From: Octopus bimaculoides
Taxonomy: Eukaryota
DNA: 64,000 nt
Reading direction: 5' to 3'
Assembly: GCF_001194135.2 (NCBI RefSeq)
Contig: NC_068983.1
Location: 115,411,891 to 115,475,890, forward strand
Shown here: positions 13,243-26,345 of the stretch, one piece after another
Position numbering within the stretch: the stretch's first letter is position 1
How the letters are laid out: each line of letters starts with the position of its first letter
Program-made: the position numbers and the translations under genes
The notes under the pieces: generated by a model
Databases searched by the model: none
What the model was told of the DNA's origin: nothing
The model's input: the letters and a program-made list of their open reading frames with translations, nothing else

Positions 13243-13648
13243 GGCGCAGGAGTGGCTGTGTGGTAAGTAACTTGCTTACCAACCACATGGTTCCGGGTTC
13301 AGTCCCACTGCGTGGCACCTTGGGCAAGTGTCTTCTACTATAGCCTCGGGCCGACCAAAGCCTTGTGAGTGGATTTGGTAGACGGAAACTGAAAGAAGCC
13401 CGTCGTATATATGTATATCTATATATATATATATGTGTGTGTGTGTTTGTGTGCCTGTGTTTGTCCTCTTACCATCGCTTGACAACCGATGCTGGTGTAT
13501 TTACGTCCTCGTAACTTAGCAGTTCGGCAAAAAGAGAACGATAGAATAAGTACTAGGCTTACAAAGAATAAGTCCTGGAGTCGATTTGCTCGACTAAAGG
13601 CGGTGCTCCAGCATGGCCGCAGTCAAATGACTGAAACAAGTAAAAGAG
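13243..13648 (+). mobile_element. tRNA-derived SINE, family A, with internal (TA)n(TG)n
   Basis: A box (TGGCTGTGTGG), B box (GGGTTCAGTCC), CCTTGGGCAAG core-like motif, tail AAATGACTGAAACAAGTAAAAGAG. Many copies occur in the window. Confidence 0.9.
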
Positions 13649-13788
13649 ATACGTAGCAACATAATTTCTTCCCAGTATTAGTGGCTATATGAATAGTTAA
13701 CGAAACAAAATACATTCAAATACTTAGCACAGTGTTTAATGTAATATTTCAGTTTGATTTCATTCATTTTCTTTCTATTTTATTTCAG

Positions 13789-13819
13789 GTTTAATATCTC
13801 TTCTGAAATAGCAGAATGG
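13789..13819 (+). CDS. Candidate 31-nt exon of an unidentified gene (only open frame FNISSEIAEW)
   Basis: Strong polypyrimidine tract TTTTCTTTCTATTTTATTTCAG acceptor and G|GTAAGA donor, in unique sequence. Confidence 0.35.
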
Positions 13820-14843
13820 GTAAGAGTGCATTATTTAGACTGGAACAGTTTCTGACCTTTTGTAAAACAAATAATTCGTTATATTTTACTTCAAAGACCG
13901 AATTAATGTTTCTTCTGCTGATACTCTCTTTCAACTCCAGTAGACTGTCACTTTATTTTCTCTCTAGTATAATAATTTCCCTATCCTCGCTGGTATAACG
14001 ATGATTTTTGTTTTTTTTTATGAAATTTCTGACGTACTACAGCCTACAACAGACATTCTTGAATGTTCTCAACGTTCTACGTCATGTCACCTATACAACG
14101 TCGATACTCCAATATACCACGTAGTCAGTCCTTTTCTTTACATCACTTTATAACTCCTCAGTCAATAAATTGCTTCTTTCCTTTAACCCCCGGCACTTTA
14201 TAAAAAGATCAACCATAGTAATCTCAAATGATTCCAGCAGAATTACACGAGGTTATGTATCTTTTTATCTTCGAAAACCACATAACATTGGGTATACAAC
14301 TTATATTAAAGTCCATTAACTAACAACAGACACATCACTAATAGGAACATGCCCATTCAAAATACTATACTCTCTCCCAAATTTTACGATTTTTTTTTGT
14401 ATCAGTGCGTCAGAAGATCTATGATATTAATTATGAAAACTAAATGCAGATTTAATGTTCTTTTAAATAAACGACTTCTTTGCAATGTTTTGTCATATAA
14501 AATACATTCTCTCTTAGGAAAATATTGCTCGGCATTTGTTTAGAATGGAGAATTATTATGTGTTACTTCTTTAAAATTGTTGGTCTTACGCTAAAACTAA
14601 AGATCAATATTTCACAATATTGCTTTCATTGTTTTCTTCATTAAAAAATAATTTATTCCAGTTGTAATCTGTTACAAGATGGCTAGATTTTAAACCATTG
14701 CAACTTTTTTACTGACATTAGAATGCAGGGAGTTTTGATTTGCTTTGTTCACTATTACAGAGCTCTTCCCATACGTACAAATCCTATGACAGGAATTCAG
14801 CAAGCAACTTTCAAAAAGAACATATGAAAAGGTGTTCATTATA

Positions 14844-15236
14844 GGCGTAGGCGTGGCAGTGTGGTAAGAATCTTGCTTTCCAACCACATGGTTCCGAATT
14901 CAGTCCTACTGCGTGGCACCTTGGGTAAGTGTCTTCTACTATAGCCTCGAGTCGACCAAAGCCTTATGGCCTTGTGAGTGGATTTGGTAGACGGAAACTG
15001 AAGAAGCCCGTCGTATATATATATTATGTATGTATATGTGTGAGTGTGTGTTTGTTCCCCCACCATCGCTTGACAACCGATGCTGGTGTGTTTATATCCC
15101 TGTAAATTGGCGGTTCGGCAAAAGAGACTGATAGAATAAGTATTAGGCTTACAATTATGTCCTGGGGTAGATTTCTTCGACTAACACTCTTTCAGGCGAT
15201 GCTCTAGCATGACCGTAGTAAAATGACTGAAACAAG
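14844..15236 (+). mobile_element. SINE family A
   Basis: Same head, core and tail as 13243-13648. Confidence 0.9.
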
Positions 15237-16114
15237 GTGTTTTATATATTAAGTTGATTCTCATCATATTATGTAATTTAATTTAATGTTCATTTAGAGA
15301 AATAATTAACGACATTAGGACATTTACTAAGCTGATGTTTTAGCTTCCATTGTTAGAGTGTACATACTACATATAAACCAGTAACTTGCATTAAGCTCCC
15401 TCCTCGAAATTTACACCACAGAATAACGAATGTTTCATTTTTTCAGAACGATATACATACATGTATGTGTGTGTTTGTGTATGTCCATTGGAATTTATGT
15501 TTCCTGTCTCAATATATCGGATTTACATTTTATTAACAACTTTAAACTAGTATCAGTAGTTTGGTGAATGTTCTATGTTTTTTTCTTTACTTTCGATCAA
15601 TAAAGCAGTTTTAGGCAGGCATAAACCGGAAACTTCCATTTGTTTGTCACGTGTTAACAGCACAATATTATTTTTTATTTCTTTGCAAATAGACGATTTT
15701 GTAAGTTTCATACTTACATGGCTAATAATCTCACCATTTAGCATCTCAGATAACAATTTTAAGATACTATTTAAAAACCATGTGATGTCTATAGAATTAG
15801 GCAACCATAGTTGCTGAAGTAGTGAATTTTATCTAGTTAAAAATATAGGAACATGCTATATACAATTACTTTATACATTTGAACTAAATTCTTATAAATA
15901 TCTATCTTGAATTATTGGCAACTTCCTAATTCAAAGTATATAAAATTATACATATATATTTTTAAGATGAGACATATCAACCGCTGAAAAGCATATCCGA
16001 CAACCACATACTTGAAAAACAAACTCTTGATAAAAGTAGCGCTATTTAAGTAGTTCTGTTATATATGCTTAAAGGTCAGTTTTTAAAAACAGACTATCTT
16101 TTTTTTTTCTTTAG

Positions 16115-16154
16115 GAAAGTTAATAATCAATATCTTGATGTCGCGGAGAGTACG
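16115..16154 (+). CDS. Candidate 40-nt exon (KVNNQYLDVAEST in one open frame)
   Basis: CTTTTTTTTTTCTTTAG acceptor and ACG|GTAAGA donor. Confidence 0.4.
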
Positions 16155-16225
16155 GTAAGAGTTGTTAAAAAACGCAATTTATTCATATAGCCTCTGTAAC
16201 TGGTTATAAAATTTCGCAAAATAAA

Positions 16226-16331
16226 TACTATATATATCAAGAACGAATCAATGACAGTACTATATATATCAAGAACGAATCAATGACAGTACTATATATA
16301 TCAAGAACGAATCAATGACAGTACTATATAT
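16226..16331. repeat. Perfect 32-bp tandem repeat x3.3
   Basis: TACTATATATATCAAGAACGAATCAATGACAG starts at 16226, 16258 and 16290, with a partial copy at 16322. Confidence 0.95.
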
Positions 16332-16511
16332 GTCAGCGTATGCTTGTCTGTGTTACGGGACTCAATTCTGCATGTATGTGTGTTTTGATTAAGTATTTTC
16401 GGTATTGAATTTAAAATGAGAAGTAAGGATGGTGTGTATAATTGCAAATATTTATATCTTTATACACATGAAGGAAAAAATTGCTATTAATTATTTAGAC
16501 TTATTTAGAAA

Positions 16512-16684
16512 CTGGGCATGACTTTGCGGTTACGAAGTTCACTCTGCAACCACAACATTCTGGGTTCAATACAGCTGCGAGTATCTTTGGCAAATGTCTT
16601 CTAGAACAGTTGCGAATTAACCAATGCCTTATGAGGGAAATTTTGCCAACGAAACATGAGCAGAAACCTTTCGTACACACACAT

Positions 16685-16751
<67 letters not shown>

Positions 16752-17156
16752 CGCAGATGTGGCTCATATGCGCAGATGTGGCTCATATGCGCAGGTGTGG
16801 ATCATAGGCGCAGGCGTGGCTGAGTGGTAAAAAGTTTGTTTCTCAACCACATGGTTCTAGGTTCAGTCGCACTGTGTAGCATCTTGGGCATGTGTCTTCT
16901 ACAATTGGCTCAGGTTGACCAAAGTCTTGTGAGTGGATTTGATAGACACAAACTAAAAGAAACACGCCGAAAATACATACGTATATATAAATCTATGTGT
17001 GAGTATCGCCCACCACTGGTATTTGTTTATGCCCTCATACTGTAGCGGCTCGGCCTAAGAGACCGATAAAATTAATACGAGGCTTATTCTATCGGGGGCG
17101 ATTCTTTCGCTGCCCAAACATGGTTGCAGTCCAATGACTGAAACAAGTAAAAGATA
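16512..17156 (+). mobile_element. Two adjacent SINE family A copies (diverged head 16512-16675, (CA)n, then copy 16807-17156)
   Basis: Both show CAACCAC..TGGGTTCA..TTGGCAAATGTCTTCT-type cores; the second has the family tail. Confidence 0.75.
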
Positions 17157-17934
17157 ACGTTAAAAGACATATTCACACACACATACATAAACCTATTAGC
17201 AACGGCTGCAGATTTTGTAACGAATATTAATTTACATATGCAACTTAACTTGGTTGTGTTGTTTTAAACTTCATAAGCTACAGCAGCAGTTCTGTGAAAA
17301 TATCTCGTATAGACGTGAAATATCACAGATGATATCGACAACCGGAATCTCGTCACCACTGCACTCCGTGCAGAATATCTGGCTGACAGAATGGCAAGTG
17401 AGGAACATAGGAATCTGTGTAGGTTAACCCCACAGGACGTTTCACACAGACTGTAAATCTGACGAAATACACCAACCAATTGTTTGGAACGTTTATCACA
17501 GAGTATGATAGCAATCAGGCTAGAAAATAAAATTATGCAATAATACTGATTTCATTTTGTAAGTCTGGGAGATATATATATATATATATATATTGATAGA
17601 TGTTGTGTACAAACAGTAGTTATTAGAAAATCTAAGATATGTTTAATGTAGTCAGCCTCCAGTTTCTAATAGCTATACTGTGGAAGGCGAATAAATACAA
17701 ACACACCTTCACTCAGCTGTTACCATACAGGAAAATAATGGTGATTATCGTGTCATGTTTAATGGAAATTCTACAAGGGATAAGTGCTTTGCTTTTCTGC
17801 CTCCGAAGAAAACTTCAGATCAACCGTAATGTAAATCAAGCATAAATCAGAACCTAGTTATAAAGTATTGATTAAATTTACCATAAAAATGTATGTGCGT
17901 ATAATTGTGAAAATTATATTGGCTTTACATACTA

Positions 17935-19128
17935 TCAGGTCATCCTGTCCGATTTTACCTTTTTTAAAATTGAATGAAATTTAATAGTATTTTAGAATGT
18001 CTAATGGAATTTATTTTTATGCATTCGTGTACATATAAACTAATTGAACATTATTTTACAGAATATTAGAATTAAAATTTCTTTGATTAAAACCCTTTCT
18101 AACATGGAAGTATCCAAAGAGCATTTAAGGCGCATAATGCTTTAGGAGTACAAAAAAGGAAACTTTGCAGCCGAAGCGACTCGAAACATACACTCAGTTT
18201 ATGGGAAAGAATGCTTGAATGAAAGAACTTGNNNNNNNNNNNNNNNNNNNNNNNNNNNNNNNNNNNNNNNNNNNNNNNNNNNNNNNNNNNNNNNNNNNNN
18301 NNNNNNNNNNNNNNNNNNNNNNNNNNNNNNNNNNNNNNNNNNNNNNNNNNNNNNNNNNNNNNNNNNNNNNNNNNNNNNNNNNNNNNNNNNNNNNNNNNNN
18401 NNNNNNNNNNNNNNNNNNNNNNNNNNNNNNNNNNNNNNNNNNNNNNNNNNNNNNNNNNNNNNNNNNNNNNNNNNNNNNNNNNNNNNNNNNNNNNNNTGGT
18501 GACGAAAAATGGATCTTCTATCGAAATGCTAAACGTCGTAAACAGTGGCTTGGTAAAAGGGTAAAACCTCAACCGCAACCGAGAAGGGAACTTCATGTGG
18601 CAAAGGTTCTTCTCTCTATCTGGTGAGATTGCAAAGGAGTAATTCACTTTGAATTGTTACCACCCAATGCAACAATCAATGCTCAAGTCTACTGTCAGCA
18701 ATTAGAGCGTTTGAACTAAGCTTTGAAGAAAAAAGTCCCGCTTTAATGAATCGAAAAGGAGTGATGTTTCATCAGGACAATGCGCAACCTCACACAGCAA
18801 AGATCACATCACAGAAGATCGAAGAGCTTGGTTGGGAAAAAATTCCTTGTCCACCTTATTCACCCGACCATTTGTTTCGTAGTTTACAGAATCATTTGGG
18901 GGACATAACTTTCGCAAGCCAGGAGGAGGTCGAAACTGACATTTCAGAGTTCTTTGCTTTGAAACCAAAAGTGTTTTACATTGATGAGATTAAAAAGTTG
19001 CAAATAGATGGAAGGAAGTCATACATAATCAGGGAAAGTACATTGATGATTAAATTTCAATTAAATATAACATTTGATCATTTGTTTCCTTTATTCAAAA
19101 TTCGGACAGAACTTATGGGATGACCTGA
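17935..19128 (+). mobile_element. mariner transposon with TIRs and TA TSD, decayed (assembly gap inside)
   Basis: TA|TCAGGTCATCC..TGTCCGATTTT and AAAATTCGGACAGAACTTATGGGATGACCTGA|TA. Translation MEVSKEHLRRIML*EYKKG..AAEATRNI, TGDEKW, HQDNAQPH, PPYSPD. Confidence 0.92.
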
Positions 19129-19514
19129 TATAAAAGGATGAAAAAAAAACCATCAATGCTATATCATTCTGAAGATGAGACTACGAAGAATAGGAACGTT
19201 GATTTGGGAAATTTATTGTTTAAAACAAACTGCAATGAACGCATATGTTTCCAAGTTGTATAACCAATTATAGAGGTTATATGGATATAGAGCATTCTGA
19301 AATTGTCCTTACCACACTTTCCTCTTATCAAGATATTGATTACCAGCTATACTAAATCCAAATACATTCTGTTTTCCAAATCTTACCTCAAAGCTTATAT
19401 TCAGGTGAAAAGTGAAATATCTAAATGCTGTTATTTTTATTCACAGTTAATTTCTTCTATTTTCAATTATGTGATTGTCAGATAAGCCTTCCAGGGGCTA
19501 CATGTATAATATTT

Positions 19515-19546
<32 letters not shown>

Positions 19547-19652
19547 CGTACATACGTATACATTTATATATATAGTACATATATATGCGAGTGTAATTTA
19601 TATACATGCACATGTATATGTATGTATATATATATATACATACATATACATA

Positions 19653-19713
<61 letters not shown>

Positions 19714-19855
19714 GCATACACACACACACACATATAATTATACATACATACATACATACATACCACACACACATCCAAAATATATTAGTGCTTTACACCA
19801 ATCTCATGCTAAACCAGTTCTCTGGTCGTTGTTTTTTGGGGTTTTTTTTATTCAG

Positions 19856-19913
19856 GTGATAACTTGTTATCGAAGTGGGATACTTTTAAGAATTTGGAAA
19901 TTATCAATTGAAC
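19856..19913 (+). CDS. Candidate 58-nt exon ([19 protein letters not shown])
   Basis: GTTTTTTTTATTCAG acceptor; the donor GTATAA is weak. Confidence 0.2.
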
Positions 19914-20741
19914 GTATAAAGAAAATGTATAATTAACTCCATTACCTTTCTTTTTTTTTCTCGTAATACATTTTTGCCTTGGCATGTATAGTTAGTATTG
20001 CAAATGTGAGTCTATAGTAATCACATGACTTACATATTATCTTGAAATCATTCTCCTCACAGAAATACAGGGTGAAGTGTATTTTCATTGATAGAATAGA
20101 ACCTCAAGTGTAGCTCCTTTACAGCGAAAAAGAAAATTATATTTTGTTCAATAGGCATATGACAAACATATGAAAATTTGAACTATTCGGTATAGCAATA
20201 TGATTTTATGTAATTTATTGTTGTAATTTTACTGTCGTACACACACACAGATACATTCATTTATTACCTTTCTATTACTTTCTCTTCCAACTCTTTCACT
20301 TAATAACTATCTCAGTCTATTTCTCTATTCACACAGCTTTCTTTTAATGCTCGCATGCGTTTATCTTTCTAGTTTTGTATCTTTCTACTTTCCCTCCTTC
20401 TTCGTATCTCTTTAATCTATCGTTGTATTTTTCGACTTCCTCCCTACTTGGTATCTGTTTATCTCTAATTTTCTAACAATTCCTTTTTTCGTTTCCACTA
20501 TCCCTACTTTTATTTTATCTCTATATGAAACTTCCAAGAGTTGAATTTAAAAAACTGACAAATCAAGGCCTTGAAAGAATGAGATCGGTCACTGTAAAAA
20601 TGAATAGCCAATTCCTAGTTTGTCTACCTTTAAAAAATCAGTTTGTAATCTTTATGCGTATATTTTTCTAAGTCCAAAAGGTCCGCCATTAGTTTTAATT
20701 GCGTTACTTCACACAGCACGTCTTGTTGGCGCAGTGCCAAT

Positions 20742-20950
20742 GCGGCGAGCTGACAGAATCGTTAGTACGCCGGACGCAACACTTAGCGACTTTTGTCCGT
20801 CTTTACGTTCATGGTTCAAATGCCACCGCGGTTGATTTTGCCTTTCATTATTTCGTGAGCGACAAAAGAAATATCAGATGAGCACTGCAGTCTATGTAAT
20901 AGTCTTACTCCTTCCCCGATTTTGCTGGCTTTGTTCCAAAATTTGAAACC
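20742..20950 (+). mobile_element. SINE family B
   Basis: GCGGCGAGCTGACAGAATCGTTAGTACGCCGGACG..TTTGAAACC. Confidence 0.8.
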
Positions 20951-21014
20951 AATATCTCGCTGCGCAGTTTTCTTTCTTCAATCGAAATCCAGATTACCCT
21001 TGCTATTTCGGCTG

Positions 21015-21046
<32 letters not shown>

Positions 21047-23769
21047 TATANNNNNNNNNNNNNNNNNNNNNNNNNNNNNNNNNNNNNNNNNNNNNNNNNN
21101 NNNNNNNNNNNNNNNNNNNNNNNNNNNNNNNNNNNNNNNNNNNNNNNNNNNNNNNNNNNNNNNNNNNNNNNNNNNNNNNNNNNNNNNNNNNNNNNNNNNN
21201 NNNNNNNNNNNNNNNNNNNNNNNNNNNNNNNNNNNNNNNNNNNNNNNNNNNNNNNNNNNNNNNNNNNNNNNNNNNNNNNNNNNNNNNNNNNNNNNNNNNN
21301 NNNNNNNNNNNNNNNNNNNNNNNNNNNNNNNNNNNNNNNNNNNNNNNNNNNNNNNNNNNNNNNNNNNNNNNNNNNNNNNNNNNNNNNNNNNNNNNNNNNN
21401 NNNNNNNNNNNNNNNNNNNNNNNNNNNNNNNNNNNNNNNNNNNNNNNNNNNNNNNNNNNNNNNNNNNNNNNNNNNNNNNNNNNNNNNNNNNNNNNNNNNN
21501 NNNNNNNNNNNNNNNNNNNNNNNNNNNNNNNNNNNNNNNNNNNNNNNNNNNNNNNNNNNNNNNNNNNNNNNNNNNNNTATATATGTATATATATATACAT
21601 ATACATATATCTATATATACATATACCTATACATATATATCCAAGAAATTTAGGGGTTGTGAATCCAACCCACTAAGGGATAATCTCTATCCAATATACT
21701 GCCGAAAAATACCCATTTATTATTACACTAGTGCTTTTTCTTTGTATTACCAAGTGCAATAAATGGGTAAGGGTAAAAAGATATTTTACAACTAATTTAT
21801 ATAGCAATAAGAAAATGGAGAGGCATAGGTGGTATTCATCAACTTGCAGGCATTGTATTGTGTCAATTTACCCGTTTATTTGTTTACTAAAAGGACAATA
21901 ATAACAATATACAAACACATGCGGCATAATGTCAGATCAGTAATTAAAAAAGGACATCTAGTGACAGAAAATGGGATAATGACTTACAGCTGTTTCAGTC
22001 TAGGGGTGACATGCCTCATTCTATCTATATAACTCCAGTAGGCTGAAGTAATTAATAGATGAAATAAAGGTACATGGATGATTCTCTAGGCCCTTTCAGA
22101 GATTTATAAAGTTCATAAGGTTAATTTAAAATATCCAAATATAAAAATATAAAAACCGTAAAAACTCACATATATATATGCATACTTTAGAATATATATA
22201 CATAAATAAACAATGTCTGCAAGTTGATGAATACCACCTATTCCCCTCCATTTTCTTATTGCTATATATGCATATATATATATTTACTGTATTTAATATA
22301 TTTGATGTGTCTAGTTTGTTTATCCGTATGATTGCCTTTATACTCGCTCAACTTGATACCTCTTATAGCCTTTCCTTATCTTGTGAAATCGAGCCCCTGT
22401 AAACACATTGGAGTAAGTTTGAATCTTTTGAGCACTACTGTCATCTATAAGGAGAATCTCTAGTTCTCATCTGTGGATTATATATANNNNNNNNNNNNNN
22501 NNNNNNNNNNNNNNNNNNNNNNNNNNNNNNNNNNNNNNNNNNNNNNNNNNNNNNNNNNNNNNNNNNNNNNNNNNNNNNNNNNNNNNNNNNNNNNNNNNNN
22601 NNNNNNNNNNNNNNNNNNNNNNNNNNNNNNNNNNNNNNNNNNNNNNNNNNNNNNNNNNNNNNNNNNNNNNNNNNNNNNNNNNNNNNNNNNNNNNNNNNNN
22701 NNNNNNNNNNNNNNNNNNNNNNNNNNNNNNNNNNNNNNNNNNNNNNNNNNNNNNNNNNNNNNNNNNNNNNNNNNNNNNNNNNNNNNNNNNNNNNNNNNNN
22801 NNNNNNNNNNNNNNNNNNNNNNNNNNNNNNNNNNNNNNNNNNNNNNNNNNNNNNNNNNNNNNNNNNNNNNNNNNNNNNNNNNNNNNNNNNNNNNNNNNNN
22901 NNNNNNNNNNNNNNNNNNNNNNNNNNNNNNNNNNNNNNNNNNNNNNNNNNNNNNNNNNNNNNNNNNNNNNNNNNNNNNNNNNNNNNNNNNNNNNNNNNNN
23001 NNNNNNNNNNNNNNNNNNNNNNNNNNNNNNNNNNNNNNNNNNNNNNNNNNNNNNNNNNNNNNNNNNNNNNNNNNNNNNNNNNNNNNNNNNNNNNNNNNNN
23101 NNNNNNNNNNNNNNNNNNNNNNNNNNNNNNNNNNNNNNNNNNNNNNNNNNNNNNNNNNNNNNNNNNNNNNNNNNNNNNNNNNNNNNNNNNNNNNNNNNNN
23201 NNNNNNAATGCAAATATACACAAAATTTAAAGAAAATTCGTGTAAATGTTACTGAATAGCATTTGGAAGTTCATTCACCTTTCATATATGTATGCTAAAA
23301 TGGAGTAACATACAACAATTAACATCAGCACGAATAGTTTCTGCATATCGTAACTACTTACAAACTATTTACTAGCAAATACGAAAATAGTAACATAAAT
23401 TATTTTTGTATTTAAGCAACCTCACATTGTAGAGAGCAGTATATTTACATCCGATATACAATGAATCGACAGAATACAAGTTAGTTGGGGTTATTTAAGA
23501 TAAAGAGGACAAAAAATATGTTACAGAAATAAATTGCTGATTGTAAAGCAAATAAAGGAACATGATAGTAGTAGGGATATAGTAACAATTTATCTATCAA
23601 AAGTAGTATAAGAACGTTACGAAGAAATATGTTAATCATCATGGATCTAAACTGTACGAGAATTTCGAAAATATAGCCCGGTATAGAAATAATAGCAGAT
23701 TAGAGAATATAACAAAAGTGATTGAACACACGAAATGACCATGAGTCATAAAAATATATTTTATAATAC

Positions 23770-24040
23770 CGGGGAACTCCATCGGTTACGACGATGAGTG
23801 TTCCTGTTGATTCGATCAACGGAACAGACTAATCGTAAAATTAACGTGCAAGTGGCTGAGCACTCCACAGACACACATGCCCTTATCGCAATTCTCAAAG
23901 AGATTCAGTGAGAATGTGACAAGGCTGGCTCACTGAGCTACAGGTACAACTCATTTATGCCATCTGAGTGAAATAGAGCAATGGGAAATATAGAACTCAT
24001 GATCGTGAGCCGAATACACTAACCACTAAGCCACGTACCT
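23770..24040 (-). mobile_element. SINE family C, diverged, reverse orientation
   Basis: ACTCCATCGGTTACGACGATGAG..AAATTAACGTGCAAGTGGCTGAGCACTCCACAGACAC is the reverse complement of the family C tail. Confidence 0.8.
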
Positions 24041-24774
24041 TCACATTTTATAATGCACGATAAAAGTAACAGAAATCATAGCAGTCTGAAGTGTCCAATT
24101 AAATAATAATATTTATGTGACATGATCCTTATTTTCTAGGATGTGAAAAAGCTCATATTAACATAAATGTTTATGAAAAAGTGAAGTAAAAGCGAAGCGA
24201 AATTTGAGGCAATACTCCAAAGAACAACTATTACGAACATAAGATATTTTGTGTTTTATTAAAATGTGTATTTCAATGTGTGTGTGAGTGAGTGAGTGAG
24301 AGTGAGAGAGAGAAAGANNNNNNNNNNNNNNNNNNNNNNNNNNNNNNNNNNNNNNNNNNNNNNNNNNNNNNNNNNNNNNNNNNNNNNNNNNNNNNNNNNN
24401 NNNNNNNNNNNNNNNNNNNNNNNNNNNNNNNNNNNNNNNNNNNNNNNNNNNNNNNNNNNNNNNNNNNNNNNNNNNNNNNNNNNNNNNNNNNNNNNNNNNN
24501 NNNNNNNNNNNNNNNNNNNNNNNNNNNNNNNNNNNNNTCCTTCTTTCCAAGATGAAAGACGCTGTAAAAGTGGACCTCTCGGAGGGTTACGATAAGGAGA
24601 AGAGATAGATTTTAATGGAAAAAGATAAGTATAGAAAGTTAAAAGAGGCTTTCCCATCAGATATAAACCCACTGGGGCCCGAGGTGAATTTCGAACCCAG
24701 CGCTCCAGTGGTGAACTATGAGAAAATTAAGAATTATATAAAATGGTAAAAAAAAAAATCGTCGCCCTTTCAAA

Positions 24775-25350
24775 GCCTAGCCAGGCTCATGGGCCCGGTT
24801 TCTATGGCGTATGTGTTCCCCCCAGCTGGACGGGATGCCAATCCATCGCAGCGTTACTCAAGAAACAGTGAGAGAAAGTTGGGGCAATAGAGTACAACAG
24901 GGGTCGCCACCATCCCCTGCCGGAGCCTCGAGGAGCTTTGTTGATTTTGTTCAATAAACACTCACTGAATAGCATTTGGAAGTTCATTCACCTTTCATAT
25001 ATGTATGCTAAAATGGAGTAACATACAACAATTAACATCAGCACGAATAGTTTCTGCATATCGTAACTACTAGCAAATACGAAAATAGTAACATAAATTA
25101 TTTTTGTATTTAAGCAACCTCACATTGTAGAGAGCAGTATATTTACATCCGATATACAATGAATCGACAGAATACAAGTTAGTTGGGGTTATTTAAGATA
25201 AAGAGGACAAAAAATATGTTACAGAAATAAATTGCTGATTGTAAAGCAAATAAAGGAACATGATAGTAGTAGGGAATCGTCTGGGAATCGAAACCGCGGT
25301 CTTCCGACCACAAGTCCGCTGCCCTAACCACTGGGCCATTGCTCCCCCAC
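24775..25350 (-). mobile_element. Family-C-headed SINE interrupted by a 312-bp templated insertion (24964-25275)
   Basis: Head at 25279-25350 and body at 24775-24965 match the family C head. The intervening block copies 23251-23577. Confidence 0.85.
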
Positions 25351-25819
25351 TATAAAATGGTAAGTAGAGTTTTATTTTGAAAAGAACTGTTGAGAAAATT
25401 TTGAAAAGAACTTTTAATGCTGAAATAATTTTGAAAAGACTGGAGATAATTTTGAAAAGAACTGTTGAAACAATTAAAATAACGTAACCGCCCCGGAGCG
25501 GGGCTGGAGTGACCGTTCCATCTTCATTGTATAATTTCACTATTCCATTCTTTCATGTGTTGATTGTCCCTGCATGTGTGTATTGTCCCATCTATATTTA
25601 GCCCCTTGTGGGTAAGAAAGAAATATTCCACTAATCTCGAAAGCCATGTGAACGATAATGAGTACAACCCGCCCTCCGGACTAAAACATTTTTAAAATTT
25701 TCCGGTTTTCCTGGGGATACAGCAGTCTATCTATAAAAGTGATTCACGCTCAAAAGAAAATGCTCTTATTAGTTTAAAGTAGGCAATTATTTAATTCCCT
25801 AACTGTCTACTTCTATATC

Positions 25820-26195
25820 TGTGTAGGCGCAATAGCCCAGTGGTTAGGGCAGCGAACTCGCGGTCGTAGGCGCGTGGTTTCGATTCCCAGATCAAGCGTT
25901 GTGAGTGTTTATTAGACGAAAACACCTAAAACTCTACGAGGTTCCGGCAGCGGATGGTGGTGTATCCTGCTGTACTCTTTCACCACAACTTTCTCTCATA
26001 TTTTCTTCCTGTTTCTGTTGTACCTGTATTTCGAAGGGCCAACCTTCTCACGCTGAATCTCCCCTAGAAGTACGTTAAGGGGTACATGTGTCTGTGGAGT
26101 GCTCAGCCACTTACACGTTAATTTCACGAGCAGGCCGTTCCGTTGATCTGATCAACTGTAACCCTCGTCGTCGTAACCGATGGAGTGCCACGAGG
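25820..26195 (+). mobile_element. SINE family C with 11-bp TSD ACTTCTATATC
   Basis: tRNA-like head (TAGCCCAGTGGTTAGG..GGTTTCGATTCC). TSD at 25809-25819 and 26196-26206. Confidence 0.9.
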
Positions 26196-26345
26196 ACTTC
26201 TATATCCGCTGTATATTTTAACTAAATGTATGTCAGTTGATATTTAAAGAATATCTTTTTATTTTGAAGTGAGCAGATTTATAAATAATTTTTTAAAATA
26301 ATGTACTTGTTTTGTCTATCACTATGCAAAAAAACAAAACAAAAA

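Noticed and set aside
13378-13392. ACGGAAACT in SINE A matches the satellite monomer core
   Set aside because: Only 9 bp, which is too short to infer that the satellite arose from the SINE.
16226-16331. CRISPR-like 32-bp repeats
   Set aside because: The units are contiguous with no spacers, there are no cas genes, and the context is eukaryotic.
20905-24672. Long ORFs in the track spanning N runs (also 45039-45754, 50653-51500, 60565-61007, 62607-63194)
   Set aside because: They are artefacts of assembly gaps.
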